Assembly (NCBI GenBank): GCA_951406725.2
Contig: OX597820.1
Coordinates: 60,264,001-60,328,000 of the forward strand
Reading direction: 5' to 3'
Source: Octopus vulgaris
Taxonomy: Eukaryota
Length of the DNA stretch: 64,000 bases
The notes below the pieces were generated by a model. The model was not told the DNA's origin. It was given only the letters and a program-made list of their open reading frames with translations, and did not search any database. Below are positions 36,785 through 49,525 of the stretch, piece by piece (within the stretch, counting starts at the first letter, position 1; the number at the start of each line of letters is the position of its first letter). The translations under genes were made by a program, and so were the position numbers.

Positions 36785-37499
36785 TATATATGTATATGTT
36801 ATCATCAGCATCAACATCACTCAACATCTGTTTTCCATACTGGCATGGGTTTGATGGTTTGGCTAGAGCTGGCAGGCTGGAGAGCTGCACCAGATTCCGG
36901 TTGTGCATTTTGGCATGGTTTCTATGGTTGATGCCTTTCTTAACACCAACCACTTTACAAAATGTACTGAGTGCTTTTTATGTGGCATCAGCACAAGTGC
37001 TTTTTAGGTTTTTATGTGACAGGCACATTTTACATGGCAACAGTACCAACAAGGACACCAAACAACTTGCAAGACAAAAACCCATTTAGTTGGGAGGGTA
37101 ACATTAACCAAGGTGGTCCAAGATATCAATTCTTCTGTGGTGAACGGGTCTTCTTGAGTTTAGCAAGGTGATAGATATCTTGATCGTTGTCATCTTTGTA
37201 AGGCTCAGTGTTTTTGAGATCAGCCTTCACAACTTCATCCCATGTCTTCCTGGGTCTCCCTCTATCATGAGTTCTATCCACTTTAAGTGATTGGTACTTC
37301 TTTATGTAGCTTTCTACATCCATTTGTTTTACATGACCAAACCATGCACACCGCATGTAATTCCTCTTATGTGTGACCATTCTCTCAATACACTAGTGCT
37401 ATGTTGCACACATGCATGTGTGTGTGTGTGTGTTAGTGTAAACTTGCTGGGTCTTCTAGAGCTTATAGTCTTTGCAATTGCTCTTTGACTAGTGAGACT

Positions 37500-38720
37500 G
37501 AAGCCATTAATGTTCCTTGCATGAAAGCTAAAAGCAGGGAGGAAATTCCAGAGGATTGCCAATCTGTGAAGCAAGGAACAATCATAGTCGTTACTACAGG
37601 GCCTGGAGATTTGAACACATCAAAACTGATGAGAGAAAATGAGACAAGTAGGAGAAAGATGCCTGAATAGTGGTGGAATGAGCCCAAATGGATCCAAAGA
37701 GCAGAGGCCTTTCTAGCAAACTAGAAAATGCAGAGAGAAAAGAACAGTGCATCTGTAGGTCAGAGGCTAGGTGAGCGTCTGTAAGCGATTTTATGCCAAT
37801 CAATATAGGTTGCCATTTTTGGACACAGTCTAGGATGGCTATGTGTGCAGCAAAATCGTCCTTAATGTGTGGACATCATCTGAGCCTTGTAAATATCACT
37901 AACTGTACAGGGGTGAACTATCTTCTGGCTCTGTTGTTGGGAAGTGGTCCCAGCAATTTTAAAGATGCGCTCTCAGGAGGAAAGATCCTTGGTGATAGTA
38001 GAACCTGTAAATTGGAGAAATTGTAAGGGCTTGAATTTAGTGATGTTGAAGATAAAGAATGTGTGAGTGCAAATATTTCTCTTGCTATGAGTAACGTTTA
38101 TGCTAAAGTGCTGTTGAAAGAGACAAAAATGGTATATCTCCATTTGAAGATGTTTTGTCTCTGTTTATGGAGTCAGTGTGAGTTTGGCACATGGAGTCTT
38201 ATTTGCAAGTGGATGATGTATATTTGGGGAATATTAGAGAGAAATGAAGGATTTTGCCAGGGGCTTGTGAGTGGTTGTTGTTTGATGTGGCAGTCAGTAA
38301 TCATGATATATAGAAGGAAGAGAGTGATGGGAGAATATCAAACCCTAGGGAAGACTGAGATGATAGAATGAGAGACAGAAGGAGCACCATCAATACATGC
38401 AGCACTATTGTGGTCCAACAAGAAGCTGTTAATCCAAAAGATGAAATCATTGGAGATCACAAGCAGGAGTATTTGACTGGAGATTCATTGATCAGACTTG
38501 GCTGAAAGCTTTGATGTCAAAGGTGAAACAATTACTTTCACTAAATTCCTCTGAGACCAGGGACAACTGGCAAGTGATGGAGGAGAGTAGGTAATCAATG
38601 GCTTTATTAAACTGTAATGGTAGACATAAGACAGATGGAGAGAGGTTGTTGTGAAAGGATGTCTCCATTATTTAGGCATATTAGAAGGGAATACAATAGG
38701 GTTAGTCGGCAGGACCAAAA
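37500..38720 (-). mobile_element. Highly degenerate CR1-like RT remnant
   Basis: FSESNCFTFDIKAFSQV resembles FGES..VALDISKAFDRV; AILWNFLP at the 3' end. Confidence 0.5.
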
Positions 38721-40870
38721 CGGTTGCATTTCTTGAGAATGGTAATACATAAAATATAAACAAAAATTCATCACTAAAGATGAGATCTAATAGTCTGAAA
38801 ACCTAAAATCATGTTTTTGTTGTATCACACAAAGGTCATTTTTCCAATAATAAATACACACACTGGTTCTATTTATAGGTCAATTCATAACATTTGTTCA
38901 ATTAACTAATTGAATGTCTGTTTAATCATTCAGTCAATCAATCAATCAATCAGCTGAGTTTGCCAAAATCCTTTTGTTGCCATTCATGTTACCAATGACA
39001 TACTCTCTCTACAGCTGCTTGAAGACCAGTGCTGGCAGGATTACATCCCTGTAACTTAGCAGTTCAACAAAAGAGACAGAAAGAATAAGTACCAGGCTTT
39101 AAAGAAAAGTGCTAAGGTTGATTCATTCGACTGAAAGTTCTTCAAGGCAGTGCCCCAGCATAGCCTCAGTCTAATAACCGAAACAAGTAAAAAAATAAAA
39201 GATTTTGGATGCAAAGGCCTCTACTTCTGCATTATAATGTTTCAAACGAACAACAACACTCTTATTATCTTGCTGTTTTTAATTTTAGTTTAACGTTTTA
39301 CCAAATAATGAAAACAGGAGAACCTATCAGTTTACTTTATAATAACAAAAATCCACATTAGACTAAACTATGCTGTTTGCTGTTGTGTAGTCAGGACATA
39401 AACATGTGTGAAGGAGTAAATCTTCTCTACTTCAATGTTTGGGTGTATGGAAGAAACAAACAACATGCAACACCCACTCTCTCTCTTTCTTTTTATCTCT
39501 GCCCGTCTTCCTATGAAGAGTAAGCATCTTTCTTCTTACTTTTTCTTTTCATAGTCTTTCACTATGATTAACTCGTTAGTATTCAAATTACTGTTAAAAG
39601 TATTGCGTATTTATTTACATTGTTTTGAATTAATCATGCAATATCAGAGATTTGAAATTTTGATATGATTGTTTATTTTCAAGGAAACATAATAATCATC
39701 ATCATTTTTCTTTTCATAGTCTTTCACTATGATTAACTCTTTAATATTCAAATTACATTGTCTGAAAACATGGGATAGTCATGGCTGGAGTACTTTGATC
39801 ATAGAACTGAAGTGTGGCTAAATAATGCAACACGTGTGTTATAATTTGTTTTTGTTAGAAATCATCATCATTGAAATGTATATATATACATACATACATA
39901 CACACATATATATATATGATCATTATCGTTTAACATCTGTTTTTCATGCTGGCAAAAGTTGGATAGTTTGACTGAGGATTGGCAAGCCGGTAGGCTGCAC
40001 CAGGCTCCAATCTGATCAGGCAAGGTTTCTACAGCTGGATGCTCTTCCTACCACCAACCACTCCAAGAATGTAGTAGGTGCTTTTTACGTGCCACCTGCA
40101 TGGGAGCCAGTCAAGTGGCACTGGCATCAACCACAGCCATAGTAAAAAACTAAGAAGTGAGAGAAAAAAAAACTAAGGCTTACAGTATGAAAATATTTTT
40201 GGGCTTCTTTCAATTTCCATCTACCAAGGCTTTAATCAGCCCAGGGTTACAGTAGAAGATACTTGTCCAAGGTGCTACACAGTGGGCCTAAACTTGAAAC
40301 CATATGATTGGGAAGCAACTGCTTAACCACACAGCAATACCTGCACTTATATGGTCACAAAGGTTTAAATGCTAACGATCTTTCTCTCTAAGTTTCCAAC
40401 TCTCCTCTCTTTTCCAACTAGAGTGTTCTTGCATTTCATCTACAGCAAGACAGCCATCTCTGTCTCTCTATTGTTCTTTTAACATTTCATCAACAAGCAC
40501 AAAATTACTTCCCTCAATACTACTCTCCCCAGTCGAGGTGACTTTGCATTGTCTTGCAAGTTACTGAGTGACCCCACTGGTGTTGGTGCCATGAAAAAAA
40601 GCACACAGTAAAGTGGTTGGTATTAGGAAGGGCATCCAGCTATAAGAAACCATGCCAAAACAAGCAATAGAGCCTGGCACAACCCTCTGGCTTGTCAATT
40701 CTTGTCAAACTGTCTAACCCATGTCAGCAAAGAGAATGGATGTTAAGTGATGATGATGATGATGAAGAAGAAGAAACACAAGTAATGAACAGTGCGAATG
40801 AGTGTTCAACACTGCATAAGTGGTTAAATATTCTTTATTATCAAGACTTTGTTAATTTATAAATTATATA

Positions 40871-42237
40871 TCTTTATATATAAATGGCAATTTCTGTCTG
40901 TCTGTTATGATCTTGCTGCCCAAACCAACTAACAAATCTTCACCTACATCATTCACAGACCTGCAAAGGTATAATGGAGAGGTCCGTACGACCTACAGAG
41001 AAGCCTGTGCCAAACATGGACAACTGGAGAATGATGCCCACTTGTATCAGACACTGGAGGATCAGCAGTCAGAAGAGCACCAAATCAACTGTGCCAGTTA
41101 TTTTCCATCATGCTGATGACATGTGGCTAGGGTGAGCCTCTCAAGGTTTGGGAGACCTACAAAGAAAGCTTGGCTGAGGACATCCTGCACAAGATTCAGA
41201 AACAGAGCTCAACTGAAAATATCAACATCATCATCATTGTTTAACGTCCGCTTTCCATGCTAGCATGGGTTAGACAATTTGACTGAGGTCTGGCGAACCA
41301 GATGGCTGCACCAGACTCCAATCTTGATCTGGCAGAGTTTCTACGGCTGGATGCCCTTCCTAACGCCAACCACTCCGAGAGTGTAATGGGTGCTTTTATG
41401 TGCCACCAGCACGAGGGCCAGTCAGGCGGTACTGGTAGTGGCCACGCTCAAATGGTGCTTTTTATGTGCCATCTGCACATGGGCAAGTCCAGCAGCAGTG
41501 GCAACAACCTCGCTCGAATGTTTTTTAGGCTGATATTTACAGGATGGGGTTAGCGAAATATATCGTCCCAAGCACTAGACTAGTATTTTATTTTATCAAC
41601 CCTAGAAGGACTGAGGGCAAAGTTGACCTTAGTAGGATTTGAGTTGAGAATGTAAAGAACCAGAATTAAATTCCACAAGGCAAATTTGTCTAATCTCTAA
41701 GGATTCTATCAATAATGCAATTTACAATGAGACACTATTTGACCTGGATACCTGAGTCCAAACTATGGGAGGGCAAGGAATCATCACTTCTGGCCTGCCT
41801 CAACCAGAACAGGCAACCAACATTCTAGCAATTGAGTACATGCGGGAGAGCAACTATGATACTGAAAAAAATGACAGTGTATGTTACTGATAATGAGCAC
41901 CGACTGATAGAGGAACAAAGGGATGCTTATAACTCAACTATTTCAAGCACTGAAGGCAAAAGGGGAGATCTATTTTTTCCTGGATGACCAGGTAGAACTG
42001 GCAAGACATTTGTCAACAACCATCTATTGGCTAAAATTTGACAAATGAAAGATTGCCCTTGAGGTGGCCTCAAGTGGAATAGCTACTACCCTGCTAAATG
42101 GTGGCTGCACAGCCCATTCGTCTTTCAAACTCCCTTTGGACCTGCCCAAGAAAGAGAAGGCAACCTGCAACACCAGTCGTGGCACAATAAAAGGTAAACT
42201 CTTGAGTGAGTGCAAGTTGATCACCTGGGATGAGGCA
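40871..42237 (+). mobile_element. Helitron remnant (5' TC end plus Rep/PIF1-helicase fragments), interrupted by retro-element pieces at about 41225-41700
   Basis: A|TCTTTATATATAAA...ctgtctgtctg start. PTSFTDLQRYNGEVRTTYREAC..HGQLENDAH; FFLD*PGRTGKTF; VASSGIATTLLNGGCTAHSSFKLPL; CKLITWDEA. Confidence 0.88.
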
Positions 42238-44057
42238 CAGCATAGAACTCATCTAGTTGTAGAAACCAAGCCAAAACAGATCGGAGCCTGGTGCAGGTCT
42301 CCAACTTATCAATTCCAGTCAAACTGTCTAACCTATGCCAGCATGGAAAATGGATGTTAAATGATGATGTATACATAAGTGTGTGTGTGTGTGCGTGCGT
42401 GTGTGTGTGTTGCTCACTTCTTGACAAATAGTGTTGGTTTATTTGCGGCCCCAGAAGTGAGCAATTCAGCAACAGAAACTGATAGAATAAACAACAAACT
42501 TAAAAAATAATTAATTGGTTTGATTTGGTTGACTAAAACCCTTAAAAATGGTACTTTAGTATTGGGCACAGTCCAATGACTAAAATAAGTCAAAGACAAA
42601 TATCCACACATCAGTTAGCTTCCCTTTATTTTTTATGCTACAATATCTGATAATATAACAGCATATATATAAACAAACAATATATATTTTTCATTCAGTT
42701 TGCATCAAAAGGGTGACAATAAAGTGAATGAGATGAGCTTAATTTTTCACAACACATAAATTATCCTATCTACATTTATGTAGATAGGATAATGGTATTT
42801 ACAATGATATTGTGTTCAGTAACAAATACTAACTATATTAAAAATGCATTGAAGTGTGTATATAAAACATTTTGCCAATGCGTTTTATTTCTGCATGCAT
42901 TTTTAAATTTGAAAAAAAAAAAAAAAAATTGCTCATGAATTATTCATCAACCCAAAAGAAGTTTCAGCTTTGACCTGAAATTTTAGTATATGTTGTTGTT
43001 GTATTTGCTAAGTCTCAGGTTGACTTGTGATTAAAAGTATTTCATTCATAACAATAAAGCAATTTTGTAAATCTAAGATTACACAGTTCAATGTATCCTT
43101 CCTATTTCTAAGATGTAAAAACTATTGATTGAAGGAGATTTTGCTGCTATTACAAGCAAGTAGAGGGACCTTGTAGAGACCTCCTTGTTATACTACTGGT
43201 ATAAATTTTACTAAAACAATGGGATGATAAACTGATTAAAAAAACAAAAAAAAACAAGCAAAAGGAAAAAAAAAACATGAACCAATCCTACTTAGTGTAG
43301 GTGGGTACAAACAGAAAATATATTTCCTTATATAGCAAGGAGAGGCTAATTTTAGAAGGATGTTAGAGAAGAAACAAAGAAGGAAGAACGTCAATGAAAG
43401 ATAAATTCTCTTTCGTTCATTAAAGACGGTGAGAAAAATGGAGTTTATGTGGTCAAGAAGCTCACTTGGCAACCATGTGGTTTTGGGTTCAATCCTACTG
43501 CACATCACATGTGTCTTCTTTTTTATGGCTCCAGGACAACCAGTGTCTTGTGAATGAATTTGGTAGAAGCAAACTGTATGGAAACCTATCATTTGTGTGT
43601 ATGTCTTTGTGTATGTTTGTCCCCCACATCTTCATAACCTAGCAGTTTGGCAAAAGAGACTGATAGAATAAGTACCAGACTTTAAAAGAAATATAAATAC
43701 AGGGGTCAATGTGTTTGACTACAACCTTTCAAAGCAGTACTCCAGCATGGCCAGAGTCCAATGACTGAAACAAGTAAAAGATAAAAGATGTTTATATATA
43801 TTTACTTTATAATGTAAATTATGAAGAATAGTGTTGTTAGTTATACCTTAGTAATGAGTAAATCATTAGTTCACAGCATTTCTGAAAATGAAAGTGACAA
43901 AGAAGTATCACCAGTCTTCGGTTTCTTACCAATGTTTATATCCTTCAATGATATACATCAGCAAAATATATACACATGCATATACACATATGATGAGCCT
44001 CCAAAATTTCTGTCTTTCAAAACTCCACTCATAAGATATTGGTCATATGAGGTTTAA

Positions 44058-45124
44058 CCCTTTCGTTACTATATTTCTGACCAAAATACACCCCTTATGT
44101 GTTTCAATTAATTTCTAACATAATCATAAATTTAGTCTGGTTTCATTAAACAACTATAACTTTTTTATTTATCAATATATTAATCTGATTTTTGGAAGAT
44201 AATTTAATGAAATGTTCTCAACCAATTCTATACTATAATTTTTGTCACAAAGTGACTCTAATTGCAGGCAGATACAGGTAAATTCAACAAAATATAAAAT
44301 TATTAAAATTTTGTTCAAACATCGCTATAGAAAATGGTAATATTCAATTGGGTATACAACAAAATTTTACGATAGAATTTGTTATTCTGGGTAACTTTCT
44401 GACACCCATAATAATATTTATGGCAAAATAGTCTTAATTTCATTTAAGGTTGTGGGAAACCACTAACTATCCTTTCTTTCGCTTTGTTTACATTTAGCGT
44501 AACGGTTCGTTTCTGCCGTAATGATTTCAAATAGGCTCATTCGAAAAAGTAAAAAGAAATAGTCTAAGGCTTTACTCTCCTGGGAAAGTCTGTGGCTTGG
44601 TCCAGTTTCTTCAGAAAAATCACCGAAAGAAACAGTTTTTAAATTTTCACTCCATTCAAGTGCCAATTCATTTTCTTTATCACTGTCGGAGCTCTCGGAT
44701 TCACTGTTTTCACTTTCGGAAAATGAAACATCAGATTCATTATCAAATACCACGTGCTTTTTTTTTCAGTCATAGAGTTAGATTTATCAAGGTCTTCAGT
44801 AGAAAATCCTTCGAATTCTGACTCGCTGCTTGATATAATGAAATTCGTATCTATTTTTTGTCAGAATTACAAATTTTGAAAACACAATAGGAACAAATTT
44901 CGGAAAAAAATCTCCCAAAATTCACGGAATTAAAATTACACTTCGATCGTTGTACAAAACTGTAGATGAACTGTTTACGAAGTATAATACGTGTTTTCAC
45001 GAATGTACTAAAGAGATTTGCTCTGATATTCTCATTTAAATATGAATAGGTAAATATGGGCGGGTTTGGTCACATTAACCAACATTTTTTTCGGGCGGCT
45101 TTGGGCGGTTTGGTAACGAAAGGG
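44058..45124 (-). mobile_element. Internally deleted piggyBac element with 12-bp TIRs and TTAA TSDs
   Basis: TTAA-CCCTTTCGTTAC ... GTAACGAAAGGG-TTAA. ORF 44463-44753 is an acidic N-terminus followed by ALDYFFLLF...IITAETNRYA. Confidence 0.93.
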
Positions 45125-45413
45125 TTAAGCACAAATATTTTCCAGTATTCAAATTGAATTTATCAGATGAAAACTTTCAGTCAAAAACAGTAAGTTGACT
45201 TATATACATTAAGATAACTTTGGAGAACCAAAAATTCAATGTAAAATGCAGCAGGATTTGGAAGGAAAGTGAAGGTGTTTGAATGTTTACATGATAAGTA
45301 AACTTGTAAGCCGGAAAATATTGTAGTACCATGCAGTAGAGTTGAACATGAAATCATCTAGTTGCAAATTCAACTTGTAACTATAGAATTATGCCCGTAT
45401 GCATATTTTTCTC

Positions 45414-45513
45414 NNNNNNNNNNNNNNNNNNNNNNNNNNNNNNNNNNNNNNNNNNNNNNNNNNNNNNNNNNNNNNNNNNNNNNNNNNNNNNNNNNNNNNN
45501 NNNNNNNNNNNNN
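45414..45513. other. Assembly gap (100 N)
   Basis: Run of exactly 100 N, typical of a gap of unknown size. Confidence 1.
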
Positions 45514-46007
45514 CAGAGGAAGGTGACAGATTAAACTGATTATGTAAACAGAATTCTGATTGTTTGAAAGTGTCTTCTTGTCTCAGGCTCTGATTTTCCA
45601 CCTGTTCTTGTTGGAACCTTTGATATGTAGTATCGAAATTTTAATCCCTTTCACACTTATGAAATGTCAAGCAAACTTTAAAATTTGTCATTACCGTTTC
45701 AGCCAGGAGACCAAACTGATAGTTTGGCAACCTGCTAAAATAAACACGAATAAATTGAGGGAGAAATGATCAATGTGCAAAAGAGAAAAATAAAGAAAAA
45801 TGAATGCGTTATTTCTCCATGGTCATTAAAAGAACATAAATGGGTTATATGTGGACTCCAATTATAAATATTTATTAAACTGCAATGAGCGCCTAGTAAC
45901 AAGTTAGTTGTTGGTTTAACATGTATAAAAAGCTTCACAAAGATTCATTAATGGGTGAAGACAGCAACTTAACACAAACAGACTGCAGTTTATATATGTA
46001 TAGATTA

Positions 46008-46447
46008 AGGCAGCAAGCCAGTAGAGTTGTTAGCATGCTGGGTATAATGCTTAGCAGCATTTTGTCTGTCACTATGTTCTGAGTTCAAATTCTACTGAAG
46101 TTGGCTTTGTCTTTCATTCTTTCAGGGTTGATAAAATAAGTATCAGCTGAGCACTGGGGTTGATGTAATCAACTTACCTCACCCCTAAAATTGCTGGCCT
46201 TGTGCCAAAATTTGAAATTATTATATATATATATTCTTTTCTACTCTAGGCACAAGGCCTGAAATTTTGTGGGAGGGGTCCAGTGTATTAGATCGACCCC
46301 AGTACATAACTGGTACTTAATTTATCGATTTTGAAAGGATGAAAGGCAAAGTCAATCTTGGCAGCATTTAAACTCATAACATAAAGACAGAAGAAAAACT
46401 GCTAAGCATTTCGCCCAGCACGCTAATGTTACTGCCAGCTTGCAACC
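46008..46447. mobile_element. Tail-to-tail pair of family C-related SINEs
   Basis: Plus copy at about 46008-46220 and minus copy at about 46235-46447. Confidence 0.8.
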
Positions 46448-46463
46448 TTCCTTATATTGAAAT

Positions 46464-46516
<53 letters not shown>

Positions 46517-46600
46517 CACACACACACATATATATATATCAGTGGATCATATATCTGAAAAAGAAGCACACTCTGAATGTTAGACCAATAAATGTTCTTA

Positions 46601-46768
46601 CAGGAAGTTAATAATATGCCCAGTCATACAGTGACCAATTGTTTTACAAGTGCTTAGCTTTATAGACAACTTCTTAGACTGGGAGTTGGGGAGTTGGCTA
46701 TAAAGCTAAGCAGTCTATGAATGCAAAACAATCAATCACTTATGATTGGGCATATAATTAACTTACTG
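46601..46768. mobile_element. Small palindromic MITE-like element
   Basis: caggaagttaataatatgcccagtcata...gcttagctttatag pairs with ctataaagctaagc...tatgattgggcatataattaacttactg. Confidence 0.7.
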
Positions 46769-46785
46769 GAAATATATATTATACA

Positions 46786-46948
46786 GGCGCAGGAGGGGCT
46801 GTGTGGTAAGTAGCTTGCTTACCAGCCACATGGTTCTGAGTTCAGTCCCACTGTGTGGCACCTTGGGCAAGTGTCTTCTACTATAGCCTCGTGCTCACAA
46901 AAGCCTTGTGAGTGGATTTGGTATATGGAAACTGAAAAAAACCTGTTT

Positions 46949-46993
<45 letters not shown>

Positions 46994-47194
46994 TTGTGTG
47001 TCTGTGATTGTCCCCTACACCATCGCTTGACAACCAATGTTGGTGTGTTTATGTCCCCATAACTTAGCAGTTTGACAAAAGAGACTGATAGAATAAGTAC
47101 AAGGCTTACAAAGAATAAGTCCTAGGGTCAATTTGTTCAACTAAAGGCAGTGCTCCAGCATGGCCACAGTCACATGACTTAAACAAATAAAAGA
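46786..47194 (+). mobile_element. SINE family B, full length
   Basis: ggcgcaggaggggctgtgtggtaag head through acaaataaaaga tail. Confidence 0.9.
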
Positions 47195-47903
47195 ATATGT
47201 GTGTGTAGTCTTTCAGTTTCTGTCTAACAAATCCACTCACGAGACTTTGGTTGGCTCAGAGCTATAGAAGATATTTACCAAAGGTGCTACACAATGAGAC
47301 TGAACTCAAGGTAATGCGATTAGAAAGGAAGCTTCTTAACCACACAAAAATGCCTATGCCTAAGAACTTTGTTAGGAATATTTCTTAGTTTTTTTTAACC
47401 TCTTTGTTAACAAACAAACTATAAAATTCATTCAGGCATAACAGTGAAACCATTTCAAGATGTGCATTCAATGAGGATATTAAATACACCAAAGAACACG
47501 ATAAATCAACCAACAAATAAATTGTAAAAGAGACACTATACACTATACAAAAAAAAGGAAGAAAAAAAAAACTAAAATCTTGAACAGTAATGTTATTACA
47601 GTCTCCTATACCAAATGTCACTAAGTTACACATTTAGCACAGAGAGAAAAAAATTTAGTGAGAATTTAATCTTAAGAACCAGCACAATGTGGTGGTCCTG
47701 AAATAGATAAGAGAAAAAAAAAATACAGGTGCAGGTATGGCGGTGTAGTAAAAAAAATTTGCTTTCCAACAACATGGTTCAGTCTCACTGCATGCCACCT
47801 TGGGAAAGTGCCTTCTACAATAACCACAGGCCTTGTGAGTGATTTTGGTAGACATGGAAACTGAAAGAAGCCTGACATGTCTGTCTGTCTGTCTATCTGT
47901 CTG

Positions 47904-47937
<34 letters not shown>

Positions 47938-49056
47938 AACACTATTGCTCAAGGTTCCCGTGGTCTTTTCTGTAGGCTTTTCTATCCACGGACAAACCTA
48001 ATCTGTTTTCCCTTTTTACATTGACATTTCTGTGATACATGATCCCTATTGATTGGCCACACTTTTTTGTTTTTCACGATCCCTATTGATCAGAATTCGC
48101 CCCCATCCCTTTATTTTTATTTTTTCTTTCTTCCCAAAAAGAAAAGCTCTACTTTGTATTTTGTCCCTTCTGTGTTCAGCCCTGCGTGGCCAATAAAGAA
48201 ATCTATCTGTCTGGGTGGATGTTTTTGTGTCTGTGTTTGCCCCCTGCTTCCCACCATTTGACACCTAATATTAGTGTGTTTATGTCTCCATAACTTAGTA
48301 GTTCAGCAAAGTGACCAATAGAAGTACCAGGCAAATAATAATAATAATAATAATAAAAAGCTCTGGATTAATTTGTTTGACTAAATTTCTTCAATGTGGT
48401 GCACTAGCATGGCTGCTGTCTTATGACTAAAACAGGTAAAATGATAAAAAAGATATATCATACTTTGCGTCTAACACTTTACAATTTGATATAGTTGGCC
48501 TGGTGCTTTTCTTTCTTTGAACATTAACAAATTCAGTGTCAAAGATTTTAATTGAAAATTGTGATAGTCATTTAAATGAATAAAAATGAAATATTCAGGA
48601 TGAGCAGAACTGAAAGATTACAAATTGAGAATGGTTTAAAAGAGTTGCTATGCGTGCTGACATCATTGCATTAAGCTCAGTTTTCCATGCTTGAATGGGT
48701 TGAGCAGATTATCTGAAGCAGAATTTTATGGGTTGATGCCCTCTTGTCACGAACCATTTTAGCAGCCGCTTACAACATGTAGGGGCACAGTGTATCTATT
48801 CTAAAAACCATGCTATACATGCCATAATTGCGTAAAAGAGTATATTCAATAATTGAGAAGTTATTTGTAAACAAACCTTTCCAAGTTTTAAAAATTAATT
48901 TTGAGACTCTACTGGAGCCATTGGTAAATCATTGGGGGCACATGTTTGATCTATGTTTGTTCAAGGATTTAGAATATTGGAACAGAAGACACAAATCAGC
49001 AAAAAATACATGAACACAATCTGACAATAATTAATTACAGAAGAATTATAACTCAC

Positions 49057-49185
49057 CTTCCACCAAATAAAGTGGGTAAAGTCACTTCATATGCAGCTAG
49101 TTTCCAGATAACCCAGCGGTAATGATTAAAGAACCAGGCTCTAGATATCAGATTAGGGTCCACAGATTCAATTGTTAAGAATGAT
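49057..49185 (-). CDS. BRCA2: BRCA2 exon, helical domain (equivalent to 5' part of human exon 17)
   Basis: ttcag|A...AG|gtgagt, 129 nt, phase 2/2. Translates SFLTIESVDPNLISRAWFFNHYRWVIWKLAAYEVTLPTLFGG, matching human [42 protein letters not shown]. Confidence 0.96.
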
Positions 49186-49293
49186 CTGAATGCAAAAAAT
49201 GAAAACAGTTATCAAAAAATAGAATCATCATCATCATCATCATTTAATGTCTGTTTTCCACACTGGCATGAATAAGATAGTCAGAAAGGACCT

Positions 49294-49525
49294 TATTTCT
49301 TTATTGCCCACAAGGGGCTAAACACAGAGGGGACAAACGAGGACAGACAAAGCGATTAAGTTGATTACATCGACCCCAGTGCGTAACTGGTACTTAATTT
49401 ATCGACCTTGAAAGGATGAAAGGCAAAGTCAACCTCGGCGGGTTTTGAATTCAGAATGTAACGGCAGACGAAATACCACTAAGCATTTTGCCTGGCGTGC
49501 TAACATTTCTGATAGTTCACCGCCT
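49294..49525 (-). mobile_element. SINE family C, about 110 bp from the BRCA2 acceptor
   Basis: Flanked by gaaaggacct on both sides. Confidence 0.85.

Noticed and set aside
43846-43881. ag...gt-bounded 35-nt segment on the minus strand as a missing BRCA2 exon
   Set aside because: The translation (KCCELMIYSLL) has no resemblance to the expected BRCA2 segment.
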